A stretch of DNA of 50,660 nt from a virus. Where the stretch lies: the IMG/VR virus record IMGVR_UViG_3300026472_000004; one strand, given 5' to 3'. The notes under the pieces were generated by a model. The model worked only from the letters and a program-made list of their open reading frames with translations. It was not told where the DNA came from and did not search any database. The position numbers and the translations under genes were made by a program. Shown piece after piece: positions 35,316 to 45,042 of this stretch. Positions within the stretch are counted from its first letter, which is position 1. Each line of letters begins with the position of its first letter.

Positions 35316-38300
35316 ATGCTTAAAACAGTAAAAGGCGCAAAAGGCGGTAGCAAAAACCAAAGACAACCCAAAGTTGCAAATGATACCACCGCTTCAAAAA
35401 CCTATGCACGTTTACAATATGGTATGAGTGAAGGAGAAGTTGAGGGTTTAGCAAATGGCTTTAAGTCAATCTTCCTTGATGACACACCAGTTGAAAACGA
35501 TAGTGGTGCAAGAAACTTTCAAGATGTCACTCTAGATTTTCGCTCAGGTACCAATGATCAGGCATACATGGAAGGTTTTGAAAGCATTGCTTCTGAAACT
35601 GCTGTTGGTGTTGAACTTAAAAGTGATACGCCTTGGGTTAAAGGGATTACCAATCTTAATCTCGATGCCGTGATTGTAAGAGTGCGCTTTGGTGCTTTAA
35701 AACAGCAAGATCCAAGCAACGGTGATGTTTCAGGCATTGTTATTGATTACTCGATTGAAGTGCAGACTGATGGGGGATCATGGGAGTTAATGCTTGATAC
35801 TCAAATGTCAGGAAAAACCTCAGCAAATTATGAACGTACCCATCGTATCGGCTTACTAAAAGCCAATAATAATTGGTTGATTCGCGTCATACGTAAAACA
35901 CCAAATTCAAGCTCAGAATATGTCAGCGATAAGATGTATATTCAAGCCATTACTGAAGTTGTGGATCTTAAGCTTGCATACCCAAATACTGCATTGATTG
36001 GCGTGCAATATGATGCAGAAACATTTTCAAATATTGCCAAAATTGCTGTTGATCTTAAGGGTGTAAAGATCAAAGTACCAAGCAATTATGATCCAGTAAG
36101 CCGAACTTACATCGGGATATGGGATGGTCTATTTACGCGTGCTTATAGCAATAATCCAGCTTGGATTTACTATGATTTATGTACCAATAAGCGATATGCA
36201 CTTGGTAACCGCTTAACAGAGCCAATGATTGATAAATGGTCATTGTATCGTTTGGCTCAATATTGTGATCAGTTGGTGCCGGATGGCAAGGGTGAGCAAG
36301 AGCCTCGTTTCACTTGTAATGTATATATTCAAAGTGCCGAATCTGCTTTTGATATTTTAAGCAAACTTGCAGGTTTATTTCGTGCAATCAGTTATTGGGA
36401 TGGTAATTCAATCGTATGTGAAGCTGATTTGCCACAAGATACTATTTTTACATATACATCTGCCAATATTATTGATGGCGTTCTTGGTATTAATTACACC
36501 GGTACGCGTGCACGGGATCGGCATAATGTAGTCAAAGTTGCTTGGGATAATCCGCAAAATCGCTATAAGACTGAATATGTTTTTGTGCGTGATGAAAAAT
36601 CAATTGCAGAGGCTAAAGCGGTACGTTTATTAGAACTTGAGGCATGGGGTTGTACATCAGAAGGTCAAGCACAACGTACTGGCCAATGGGCTTTAAAAAC
36701 AGAACAACTCGAAACTCGAACTGTCACATTTAAAGTTGGGTTAGATGGCTATATTCCATTACCTGGTAAAGTGATTGAACTTGCTGATGAGTTGTTAGCT
36801 GGTCGTGCAAACGGTGGGCGTATTTCTTCAGTCAGTTCTGATTTAAAACAAATCACCTTAGATCGTGATGGTGTGGTGTGCCGAGCTGGTGACCGTCTAG
36901 TTGTGAATGGCGAGAATGGAAAGGCACAAGCACGAGTTGTATCAAGTATTGCTGGTCGAGTTGTTACTGTGGTTTCAGCATTTGATAGTGTTGCTCCACA
37001 AAATGCATGGGTGATTGATGCACAAGATTTAGCAACGATGAAATTTCGTGTAGTTTCGATCTCACAAGATGAGCCACACCAATTTACCATTACCGCACTT
37101 CAACACAATGCATCTAAGTTTGATGCCATTGATCATGGTGCATTCATTGATGATCGACCAATCTCAATCATTAATCCTACAACCCAAGAACCTGTTGAGT
37201 CAGTCATCATTTCCAGTGAGCAAATGGTTCAGCAAGGAATATCGGTTGAAACCATGGTGATCAGTTGGCCACAAGCCAAAGATGCAACCAAGTATCAAGT
37301 TGAATGGCGCAAAGATAACGGCACCTGGTTAAAGCTACCATTAACTGGAAATAACTCAGCAGAGGTCGCAGGCATTTACGCAGGGCAATATGAAGCGCGC
37401 GTATTTGCGATCAGTGCTTTTGATATTTCATCCTTGCCAACTTATTCAGTTTTGACAGTGCTAAAAGGCAAGCAAGGAAAACCACCAAAACTCGCCAATA
37501 TTCATGCTGAAGGTATTTTATTTGGCATGAAATTAACCTGGTTGTTTCCTGCGGTTGGTGCACTGGATACGGCTTATACAGAGATTCAAGTTTCACCTGA
37601 TGGTGTAAGTAATATTGCTCAATTGGGCTTATTCGCATACCCAACAAGCACACATACATTGCAAGGATTGCAGCCTAATCTAAAACAATATTATCGTGCG
37701 CGTTTGATTGATCGAATTGGAAATATTGGCCCTTGGTCAAGCTGGACCAATGCAACCACTTCAGCGGATGCATCTGATATTTTGAAAATCTTGGAAGGCA
37801 AGATTACTGAAACGCAACTTCATCAGGATCTGCAAACTAAGATTGATCATATTGAAGCAGTAGATGCAGAAATAGGACCAATTAAACAGGATATTCAGAA
37901 TACAAAGGATCAGATTAATCAAGAAATTATTGATCGTCAGTATGCGATTCAACAAGCCAAAGATGGTTTATCTCAGCAAATTATTGATGGAGATAAGGCT
38001 GTACTTCAGGTTGTTGATACGGTTAAGAAATCAAGTGAGGATGGAATAGCCGCTGCACAATCAGAAATTAAAGTTGTTGCTAATAATCTGAAATTGACTG
38101 CTGAAAAAACTGATGGTGTTTACGCTCAGTTGAACCCACCTTTAATTGGGTCCACTTCTGATCTGATCGGTAATGATCAAGGTTTCGCGGGAACCTGGTC
38201 ACTTCAATCAGCAATGATAGAGGGTGATCTAGTTTTAAGTAAGCGCATTGATACAACTGTTGCTCAAGTCAATGATGTTCAGGCCTTTGCACAGCAAGAA

Positions 38301-39800
38301 GTTCAGGCGCGTATTGAGGGAGATAAGGCCACTGTCCAAAAGATTGATACTTATATTGTTGAGAATGATCAAGCTTTAGCAACTGTGCGAGATTCAGCAC
38401 AAATTGCAGTTGAGAAATCAAATTCAAATGCAGTGTTAATTGATGCTTTAGATTTAGAGCTTGATGGTAAAGCAAGTACAGGTGCTTTAAATCAGGTCAA
38501 GTCGGATTTATCTGCTGTTGATAATCGAGTGATTGCAAATACAACCATGCTGAATGGCGTGTATGCGCAAATTAATCCGCCATTGATTGGTTCAGAGTCT
38601 GATTTGATTGGTAATTCTGGCGGTTATGCAGGGGTGTGGTCTGAACAATCAGCACGAATCGAAGCTGATATGGCGCAAGCCATTCGGACGGATACAGTTC
38701 AAACAGAATTGAATGGTAATAAAGCAGCTGTTCAGGAGGTAACACAATCTGTTAATGGTCTTTACGCGCAGAAATTTATCAAGCTGGATGTAAATGGAAA
38801 AATTGCAGGGTGGGGTGGTGCAAATAATGGTGTTGAATCTCAATTTATTTTAAATTTTGATTCATTTGCTATTGGAAGTGGAAGTAATGGGACAGTTTCT
38901 TATCCGTTTATTTTCCGAACCACACCATTTACTGATCCAGTCACAGGTACTGTATTTCCTGTTGCTGCATACTTGAAATCAGTATTCATGGATTATCAAT
39001 CAGTGAAGACATCACATATTGATAAGCTGGCTGTTAAGACGGGTCAAATTGATGATTTAGCTGTTACGAGAGGTAAAATTGATAATTTGGCAGTAGGTAA
39101 TGGCCAGATTGATAATTTGGCTGTAGATACGCTAAAAATCAAAGACAATGCTGTGACAGTACCTGTTTCTGCATTTGCTGAAGCGAATCTGACCATTGGT
39201 ACGACTTACACCACTGTTCAAACTTTGGCTGTACCAGCAGATATGGGGCATACGATTTTAACTTTTGGTTCTGTATTTAGCTTTGTAGGTTATACCTCTA
39301 GCCAGCGTTTACTGTGTCGAGTACTCAAAAATGGATCTGTCGTTTTTGAAGATTTGGAGGTGCATTTTATTGATTATGCTTCTGTGGGTACAACGACTCA
39401 AAACAGCGGACAACATAACCACGGAATAACCGTCAATGTAAGTGGCTCAATGACAGATTCAGGAAGCCATTCGCATTCATTCAATGGCAATACTCAAAAC
39501 TCAACAGCTGGAACGATTTCGGGTTCATCACATAACCATAGTTACAACGGATCGACCAACACAACTGGTTCACATAGCCATAATTTAAGTTTGTCGGGAA
39601 GTGCATCAATGGGTTTAGACGGGATTCATAATCACAATGTGGAAATTAGAGGAAGTGCTCGAAGTGCAGGAACCTTAAATATTTCAAGACATGATTCCAC
39701 TTTGATTGCGGGAACGTTTGAGCTTCAATTGCGCTCAGATTCGGGCGGTAATGTGAACGTGTCACAACGTTATATTCATGCAATGACGATGAGGAAATAA
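35316..39800 (+). CDS. Host specificity/central tail fibre protein (lambda gpJ-like) with HxH-repeat C-terminus
   Basis: Size, FN3-like segment and position. An alternative GTG start is at 35304. Confidence 0.9.
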   Translation: MLKTVKGAKGGSKNQRQPKVANDTTASKTYARLQYGMSEGEVEGLANGFKSIFLDDTPVENDSGARNFQDVTLDFRSGTNDQAYMEGFESIASETAVGVELKSDTPWVKGITNLNLDAVIVRVRFGALKQQDPSNGDVSGIVIDYSIEVQTDGGSWELMLDTQMSGKTSANYERTHRIGLLKANNNWLIRVIRKTPNSSSEYVSDKMYIQAITEVVDLKLAYPNTALIGVQYDAETFSNIAKIAVDLKGVKIKVPSNYDPVSRTYIGIWDGLFTRAYSNNPAWIYYDLCTNKRYALGNRLTEPMIDKWSLYRLAQYCDQLVPDGKGEQEPRFTCNVYIQSAESAFDILSKLAGLFRAISYWDGNSIVCEADLPQDTIFTYTSANIIDGVLGINYTGTRARDRHNVVKVAWDNPQNRYKTEYVFVRDEKSIAEAKAVRLLELEAWGCTSEGQAQRTGQWALKTEQLETRTVTFKVGLDGYIPLPGKVIELADELLAGRANGGRISSVSSDLKQITLDRDGVVCRAGDRLVVNGENGKAQARVVSSIAGRVVTVVSAFDSVAPQNAWVIDAQDLATMKFRVVSISQDEPHQFTITALQHNASKFDAIDHGAFIDDRPISIINPTTQEPVESVIISSEQMVQQGISVETMVISWPQAKDATKYQVEWRKDNGTWLKLPLTGNNSAEVAGIYAGQYEARVFAISAFDISSLPTYSVLTVLKGKQGKPPKLANIHAEGILFGMKLTWLFPAVGALDTAYTEIQVSPDGVSNIAQLGLFAYPTSTHTLQGLQPNLKQYYRARLIDRIGNIGPWSSWTNATTSADASDILKILEGKITETQLHQDLQTKIDHIEAVDAEIGPIKQDIQNTKDQINQEIIDRQYAIQQAKDGLSQQIIDGDKAVLQVVDTVKKSSEDGIAAAQSEIKVVANNLKLTAEKTDGVYAQLNPPLIGSTSDLIGNDQGFAGTWSLQSAMIEGDLVLSKRIDTTVAQVNDVQAFAQQEVQARIEGDKATVQKIDTYIVENDQALATVRDSAQIAVEKSNSNAVLIDALDLELDGKASTGALNQVKSDLSAVDNRVIANTTMLNGVYAQINPPLIGSESDLIGNSGGYAGVWSEQSARIEADMAQAIRTDTVQTELNGNKAAVQEVTQSVNGLYAQKFIKLDVNGKIAGWGGANNGVESQFILNFDSFAIGSGSNGTVSYPFIFRTTPFTDPVTGTVFPVAAYLKSVFMDYQSVKTSHIDKLAVKTGQIDDLAVTRGKIDNLAVGNGQIDNLAVDTLKIKDNAVTVPVSAFAEANLTIGTTYTTVQTLAVPADMGHTILTFGSVFSFVGYTSSQRLLCRVLKNGSVVFEDLEVHFIDYASVGTTTQNSGQHNHGITVNVSGSMTDSGSHSHSFNGNTQNSTAGTISGSSHNHSYNGSTNTTGSHSHNLSLSGSASMGLDGIHNHNVEIRGSARSAGTLNISRHDSTLIAGTFELQLRSDSGGNVNVSQRYIHAMTMRK

Positions 39801-39991
39801 TGGCATATTTTGCAGTGTATTGTATTGAAACAGGTGTCGTTCTGAATGTTGTTGAATGCCCTGAATTTTTAAAGCAAAGAATACATCTTGATCCTGGTCA
39901 GGATGTTTTACAAATAGAGGACCAGATAGAGCAACAGCGTTATCTGGTCAAAAATCAGCAGCTGGTTGAAAACCAATATTACTTGAATTGA
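39800..39991 (+). CDS. Hypothetical 63-aa protein downstream of J
   Basis: TAATG overlap with J; a terminator follows. Confidence 0.5.
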   Translation: MAYFAVYCIETGVVLNVVECPEFLKQRIHLDPGQDVLQIEDQIEQQRYLVKNQQLVENQYYLN

Positions 39992-40017
39992 AAGCACCCA
40001 TAGAGGTGCTTTTTTTA
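39992..40017 (+). terminator. Rho-independent terminator
   Basis: AAGCACC-N6-GGTGCTT followed by T7. Confidence 0.75.
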
Positions 40018-40040
40018 TTGCCAAAATTTAGGGGGTATCA

Positions 40041-40301
40041 ATGGCAGATAATCAACAAATTGTAGAGGCTTCAACTGGCGTGGTAGCTGGCAAAGTTATT
40101 ACATATAGCGGTAGTACTGCTGGTGCTATTACTGCATGGCTTGGGAGTATTGATTTAGCATTTTGGTTCAGTATTTTGATTGCGATTGCAGGCTTAATCA
40201 TGAACTGGTATTACGCGCGCAAGAAAGATAAACGCGATGAACTTGAACATAAAGCATATTTGGAAAGCTTAAAGGATAAATGCAATGTCAAACAAGACTA
40301 A
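40041..40301 (+). CDS. Holin (two TM segments)
   Basis: 86 aa with hydrophobic segments and a charged C-terminus; directly upstream of the endolysin. Confidence 0.7.
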   Translation: MADNQQIVEASTGVVAGKVITYSGSTAGAITAWLGSIDLAFWFSILIAIAGLIMNWYYARKKDKRDELEHKAYLESLKDKCNVKQD

Positions 40302-40791
40302 AATCATAGTAACAACATTAAGTGCATCAGCGCTTTTTTTTACGTCTTTAATTGGCTATGAGGGGTATAAATCAAAGCCATATTTGGATAGTGCAAAAGT
40401 ACCAACTATAGGTATCGGATCTACATCATATGAAAACGGCACAAAAGTCAAAATGACTGACAAGCCGATCAATAAAGAACGTGCAGTTCAAATTGCCAAG
40501 GCTCATATTGCCAAAGATGAAGTTGCATTTCGCAAGTCTTTGCAGGGCGTGAAGCTAACTCAGACTGAATATGATGTGTATTTGGACTTTGTTTACAACT
40601 ATGGCCAAGCCAATTGGAATGGCTCATCGATGCTCCGTAATCTTAAAGCAGGGCAATACAAACAGGCCTGTTCATCATTACTGAAATACAAATATGTTGC
40701 CAAGCGTGATTGTTCGATCCGTTCTAATGGTTGTTATGGCGTTTGGACTAGGCAACAAGATCGTTATAACAAGTGTATGGGGGTGCAGTAA
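40285..40791 (+). CDS. Endolysin, GH24 (T4 lysozyme-like) with N-terminal SAR-type anchor
   Basis: E-x8-D-x5-T triad in YEGYKSKPYLDSAKVPT. The N-terminal stretch IIVTTLSASALFFTSLIG is hydrophobic. Confidence 0.85.
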   Translation: MSNKTKIIVTTLSASALFFTSLIGYEGYKSKPYLDSAKVPTIGIGSTSYENGTKVKMTDKPINKERAVQIAKAHIAKDEVAFRKSLQGVKLTQTEYDVYLDFVYNYGQANWNGSSMLRNLKAGQYKQACSSLLKYKYVAKRDCSIRSNGCYGVWTRQQDRYNKCMGVQ

Positions 40792-41291
40792 TGCAAGCAT
40801 TTTTAGCGAAATTCTATGAAACCGTCATTATTGTTTTGGCGGTTTTTTTATTGTTGGCCATAACAGCTTTAGGTGTTCAGTCATGGCGAGTAAATCATTT
40901 TAAAAGTGAATACACATTATTGAATGCAAAATACAAAACAGAAGTTGCTGAAGCTAAAGCACTGGCAGAACAAGCCAAAGCATCTGCAGCATTAAAAGAG
41001 AAACAATGGTCTGAACAACAGTTAAAAGCGGAGCAAAACTATAATGCCAAAATTAAACAAATTGAGTCTGATAGTCGCCTTGCTAGTGCCAGCGCTGACA
41101 GCTTGTCAAAGCAACTCAAGGTTGCAAACAGCCGTTTGTCCAGTGCTTCCAAAGAAACCATCATTGAGTACGCCAATACCAACAGTGACATACTCGAAAA
41201 GTGCATCACAGAATATCAAGAAGTGGCAAAAGCCGCTGATGGACACGCGGCTGATGCAGAAAAATTAAGGGATGCTTGGCCCTCGAAGTGA
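40791..41291 (+). CDS. i-spanin (Rz-like)
   Basis: N-terminal TM helix plus coiled coil; TAATG overlap with the endolysin. Confidence 0.7.
   Translation: MQAFLAKFYETVIIVLAVFLLLAITALGVQSWRVNHFKSEYTLLNAKYKTEVAEAKALAEQAKASAALKEKQWSEQQLKAEQNYNAKIKQIESDSRLASASADSLSKQLKVANSRLSSASKETIIEYANTNSDILEKCITEYQEVAKAADGHAADAEKLRDAWPSK
41044..41268 (+). CDS. o-spanin (Rz1-like lipoprotein) embedded in Rz +1 frame
   Basis: Lipobox LTAC and a proline-rich mature part; lies entirely within the Rz-like gene. Confidence 0.65.
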   Translation: MPKLNKLSLIVALLVPALTACQSNSRLQTAVCPVLPKKPSLSTPIPTVTYSKSASQNIKKWQKPLMDTRLMQKN

Positions 41292-41412
41292 GGGCTAATT
41301 CGCATAAGCACCATTATTTTAAATACCAAGTTCTATCTTTCACAATTATATTAATGACACCAAGTAATTACGTTTGTATCTTGTTCTTAATTATTTTTTA
41401 TAGGAAAAAAAC

Positions 41413-42507
41413 GTGAAAAAAAATGTAGGAATTATATTTGGAGGAAAATCAACAGAACATGAAGTATCCCTTCAATCTGCAAGAAATATTGTTGATGCTA
41501 TTGATAAAGAAAAATTTGATGTGACATTGATAGGCATAGATAAAGATGGGATTTGGCATCTTAATGAGAGTACTAAATTTCTACTAAACTCCAATGATCC
41601 AAGTCTTATAGCCTTACATCCATCTGGAAGAAATGTAGCATTTATTCCAGGGAAAAAAGAACAACAAATTATTGAGTTCCAAAAAAAAGCACTATCACAG
41701 TTAGATGTAATCTTTCCTATTGTCCATGGAACTCTTGGAGAAGATGGCTCATTACAAGGGTTACTGAAAATGGTAAATTTACCATTCGTAGGCTCTCAAG
41801 TATTAAGCTCTGCTATATGTATGGATAAAGATGTCTCAAAGAGATTATTACGAGATGCAGGGTTAAACGTTACACCATATATAAGGCTAACTAAACAAAA
41901 TAGAAAGAATATAAATTTTGATACTGTATGCTCTAAATTAGGTTTACCGCTATTCGTTAAACCAGCTAATCAAGGATCATCAATTGGTGTTAGTAAAGTA
42001 AATACTATAGAAGAGTTTGAAATAGCATTAGATACAGCATTTACCTATGATAATAAAGTGTTAATTGAAACAGGTATTGATGGCAGAGAGATAGAGTGTG
42101 CTGTTATTGGTAATCACAAACCTAAAGCAAGTGTTTGTGGGGAGATTGAACTATCAGATAGTTTCTATTCTTATGATACAAAATATATTAATGAAAAAGG
42201 TGCTAAAGTAACGATACCAGCCAATATCTCAGCTGAATTGAGTGAAAAAATTAAAAATATAGCTATCAATGCATATGAAATTTTAGAATGCACAGGTCTT
42301 GCCAGAGTAGATGTTTTTTTAACAAAAGATGGCACTGTCTATATTAATGAAATAAATACATTACCCGGTTTTACAAATATAAGTATGTTTCCCAAGTTGT
42401 GGGAAGCAAGTGGATTAAGCTATTCTGACTTGATTACCTATTTAATTGAATTAGCTATAGAGTATCACCAAGAGCAGAACTTAGTACTTGAGCCAAAATT
42501 AATATAA
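41413..42507 (+). CDS. ddl: D-alanine--D-alanine ligase, DdlA-type (GTG start)
   Basis: [44 protein letters not shown] and [10 protein letters not shown] motifs; 364 aa, as for DdlA. Confidence 0.9.
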   Translation: MKKNVGIIFGGKSTEHEVSLQSARNIVDAIDKEKFDVTLIGIDKDGIWHLNESTKFLLNSNDPSLIALHPSGRNVAFIPGKKEQQIIEFQKKALSQLDVIFPIVHGTLGEDGSLQGLLKMVNLPFVGSQVLSSAICMDKDVSKRLLRDAGLNVTPYIRLTKQNRKNINFDTVCSKLGLPLFVKPANQGSSIGVSKVNTIEEFEIALDTAFTYDNKVLIETGIDGREIECAVIGNHKPKASVCGEIELSDSFYSYDTKYINEKGAKVTIPANISAELSEKIKNIAINAYEILECTGLARVDVFLTKDGTVYINEINTLPGFTNISMFPKLWEASGLSYSDLITYLIELAIEYHQEQNLVLEPKLI

Positions 42508-42782
42508 TTCAGCTTAAAAAATCTAGATTGCTTTTAATTTCTGATTGAAACCTTGCCCCAAACTCTTAAAACTCGAGTCAGGGCAGGGGAAAGAAATCAC
42601 CCTATGGATCATTGTACTGTCGCTAAATACAATGAGTGTAGCGCTTCGAATGATGCGAAAAATAGGGCTCTTAATTAAGGGCTTTATTCTCAGGAATAAT
42701 ATTGGAATAAAAAACTATTAAAAATGCAAAACTATAAGCAAAACTTAGTAGAAGTAACTATAAAATTTTCGGTGGATGAATT

Positions 42783-43670
42783 TTAGATTACGATATTCTC
42801 AGATCGAGCACTTGAGATGTATTCCAGATTAAAATCTCCATGATTGTATTGATTAAAAGTTACACCATATTTTTTTTGAAAAGATAATACAGATAAAATT
42901 GATGTTGCAATAGTTGCAAGAGGAATATTATTTGCATGAATGTCATGTATTATTGCAGGGGCATTTAATCCTAAAGCCAAAAGAGCATCACTTTTTAAGT
43001 CAATGTTTACCTCAACATCACTTTTTTTAATTATTTTAAAACGTTCAACAACTGTTTTATCTAATTCCAGAATTGCATTTTCAAACCGTTTTAACTCAGT
43101 TTTTCTAATTACATCAATTTCTTCAGTATTTAACTTTTTTAAGAATTGGTCCATTGTAGAATGCAGACCTTCAAGCTCAGAAGATCTTCTTTCTTTAAAT
43201 TCAAGCAAATCGTTTAAAGAAAAATTTCCACTAGCTGATGGAATTGGTAGTGCGTTAGTTATTTTAAGTCTTAAAGTATCTTTTTTTGTTGCATGTCCTG
43301 GAAGATAAATCGGATCACCTGACATGTGGTGAATGATCCAATCACTATCTTGATCATTTAGCTTTTGCTTAGCAATTTCTCCAAATGTCCAATGCACGTG
43401 TTGTGCTACATCTACCTTACCAATAATTGGTAAAATAGGTCGCTCTAAAATGTTTAATGACTTAAGCTCATTTTCAAAAGGTAATCCAAAATGAATTGCT
43501 TGACTGGTTGGGATCGCGATTTTATCCCAATACATAATGTAGTAAAAGATATCTTCGGGAAGATAAGATCTTTCAAGAAATAAACTATTCCCATTGATAG
43601 ACATTATTCCATTTGGGGCAACGATTCCTCTTTGTACTTTTCTTTTCTTAAATTGAATGATGTTTGACAT
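42783..43670 (-). CDS. Orphan 295-aa protein of unknown function
   Basis: Long ORF with its own near-consensus promoter; no catalytic motif recognised. Confidence 0.7.
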   Translation of the reverse strand: MSNIIQFKKRKVQRGIVAPNGIMSINGNSLFLERSYLPEDIFYYIMYWDKIAIPTSQAIHFGLPFENELKSLNILERPILPIIGKVDVAQHVHWTFGEIAKQKLNDQDSDWIIHHMSGDPIYLPGHATKKDTLRLKITNALPIPSASGNFSLNDLLEFKERRSSELEGLHSTMDQFLKKLNTEEIDVIRKTELKRFENAILELDKTVVERFKIIKKSDVEVNIDLKSDALLALGLNAPAIIHDIHANNIPLATIATSILSVLSFQKKYGVTFNQYNHGDFNLEYISSARSENIVI

Positions 43671-43698
43671 TTGATAAGACTTTTAAATTGTTGTAGTC

Positions 43699-43726
43699 AT
43701 TCTATAATTTAATCACCCACAGTCAA
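43699..43726 (-). promoter_or_regulatory. Sigma70-type promoter (TTGACT-N16-TAGAAT) for the 295-aa gene
   Basis: Read on the minus strand, in the 76-nt gap after umuC. Confidence 0.55.
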
Positions 43727-43746
43727 CAACCCATCCCAACTAAAAT

Positions 43747-45042
43747 TCACTTAACTTTTATCATCCCATTCTTCGTAAAATAATTCTTAGACAACATATC
43801 TCGACTCATTGACCACTTACGATCTTTGAAATAACACGGACCTACTGAAATCTTAGATTTACCGAATTTACTTTGAATATCTTCATAAGCCTGCATCAAA
43901 TTTTCATTTAATGTTCTTGTTTCATGATCTGAAAGCAGGTCGGGGATATGATTTGATTTCAGAATTAACTCTGAATAAAACACACCACATTTTTTGTACT
44001 TGATACCTGGTTTATATATCTTCTCAAGTAAAAGATATGCGACTTCAACCAAATTTAAAACACAATCAGTTGGTTCAGCAAACTTATAAGTCTGTGCTTT
44101 GCTATAGTAAGGAACAGACGCATCAAATGGATTCGATTGAACAAAAGCCGTAATCACACCACACAATAACTTTTCTTTTCTCAAACGCCCAACAGCGTCT
44201 TGGACATACTTAGCCATTGCTTCTTTCAAGTCCTGCAGCTCTGTGATTTTCACGCCAAAGGATCGGCTTGCTACAATTTGCTGCTTTGGTTTTGGCTGAT
44301 CGTCAATCGGCATACATGAGATACCTTGTAGTTCTAAAACAGTTCTTTGCATGCAAACTGTAAACATTTTTCCCATAATAGGGGGATTTGCTTTGGATAA
44401 ATCCAAAACGGTTTTAATCCCCATATCATTGAGCTTTTTATTTTGCTTTCTGCCCACGCCCCAAACTTCGCCAACTTCTACTAAAGACCAAAAGTAATCT
44501 CTATGCTTCGGATTCATATTTGCTAAATCACAGACTCCATTAAACCGCTTTCCTTTCTTAGCCATGTAATTAGCAATCTTTGCTTCAGTCTTAGATCTCC
44601 CTATACCAATAGAAACAGGCAATCCAATCCATTCCTGGATGCGCTCTCTCATGCCTTGGCAATACTCGACAAGATCATAATTATGTTTAAAGCTTGTGAG
44701 ATCTAGAAAGCATTCATCAATTGAATATATTTCTTGTTCGTGTGGCGCGACATAGCCAGCGAGAATTGAATGAAACCGACGTGACATTTCAGCGTAAATT
44801 GCATAGTTACTTGAAAGTACTTGCACATGGTTTTTCTGAACTACATCTTTGATCTGAAAAAGTGGCACACCCATTTTAATGCCCATTGCTTTTGCTTCAT
44901 TGCTACGGGCTACTGCACATCCATCATTGTTTGAGAGTACGATGACAGGGACATTGTTCAGCTTGGGGTTAAAGAAACGCTCACACGAGACATAGCAATT
45001 ATTGATATCAATAAGTGCAAATATCTTTTCTTCATGTTTCAT
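43747..45042 (-). CDS. umuC: Y-family DNA polymerase V catalytic subunit UmuC
   Basis: The N-terminus (FALIDINNCYVSCERFFNP...VVLSNNDGC) is typical of UmuC. Overlaps the umuD stop. Confidence 0.9.
   Translation of the reverse strand: MKHEEKIFALIDINNCYVSCERFFNPKLNNVPVIVLSNNDGCAVARSNEAKAMGIKMGVPLFQIKDVVQKNHVQVLSSNYAIYAEMSRRFHSILAGYVAPHEQEIYSIDECFLDLTSFKHNYDLVEYCQGMRERIQEWIGLPVSIGIGRSKTEAKIANYMAKKGKRFNGVCDLANMNPKHRDYFWSLVEVGEVWGVGRKQNKKLNDMGIKTVLDLSKANPPIMGKMFTVCMQRTVLELQGISCMPIDDQPKPKQQIVASRSFGVKITELQDLKEAMAKYVQDAVGRLRKEKLLCGVITAFVQSNPFDASVPYYSKAQTYKFAEPTDCVLNLVEVAYLLLEKIYKPGIKYKKCGVFYSELILKSNHIPDLLSDHETRTLNENLMQAYEDIQSKFGKSKISVGPCYFKDRKWSMSRDMLSKNYFTKNGMIKVK

Noticed and set aside
41289-41310. 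Hairpin GCCCTC-GAAGT-GAGGGC overlapping the Rz stop, considered as a terminator
   Set aside because: It is not followed by a T-tract, so it may be only a weak structure. It is not called as a terminator.
41413-42507. Possibility that the ligase is a VanA/VanB-type D-Ala-D-Lac resistance ligase
   Set aside because: Its length, N-terminal motifs and the FYSYDTKY omega-loop region resemble DdlA. No vanH/vanX-like genes are adjacent.
42940-43308. Antisense ORFs in the cargo island (42940-43308, 45514-45696, 46037-46327, 46081-46263, 47248-47520, 49553-49870)
   Set aside because: Each lies opposite a longer ORF with clear family motifs or a better expression context. They are typical AT-rich shadow ORFs.
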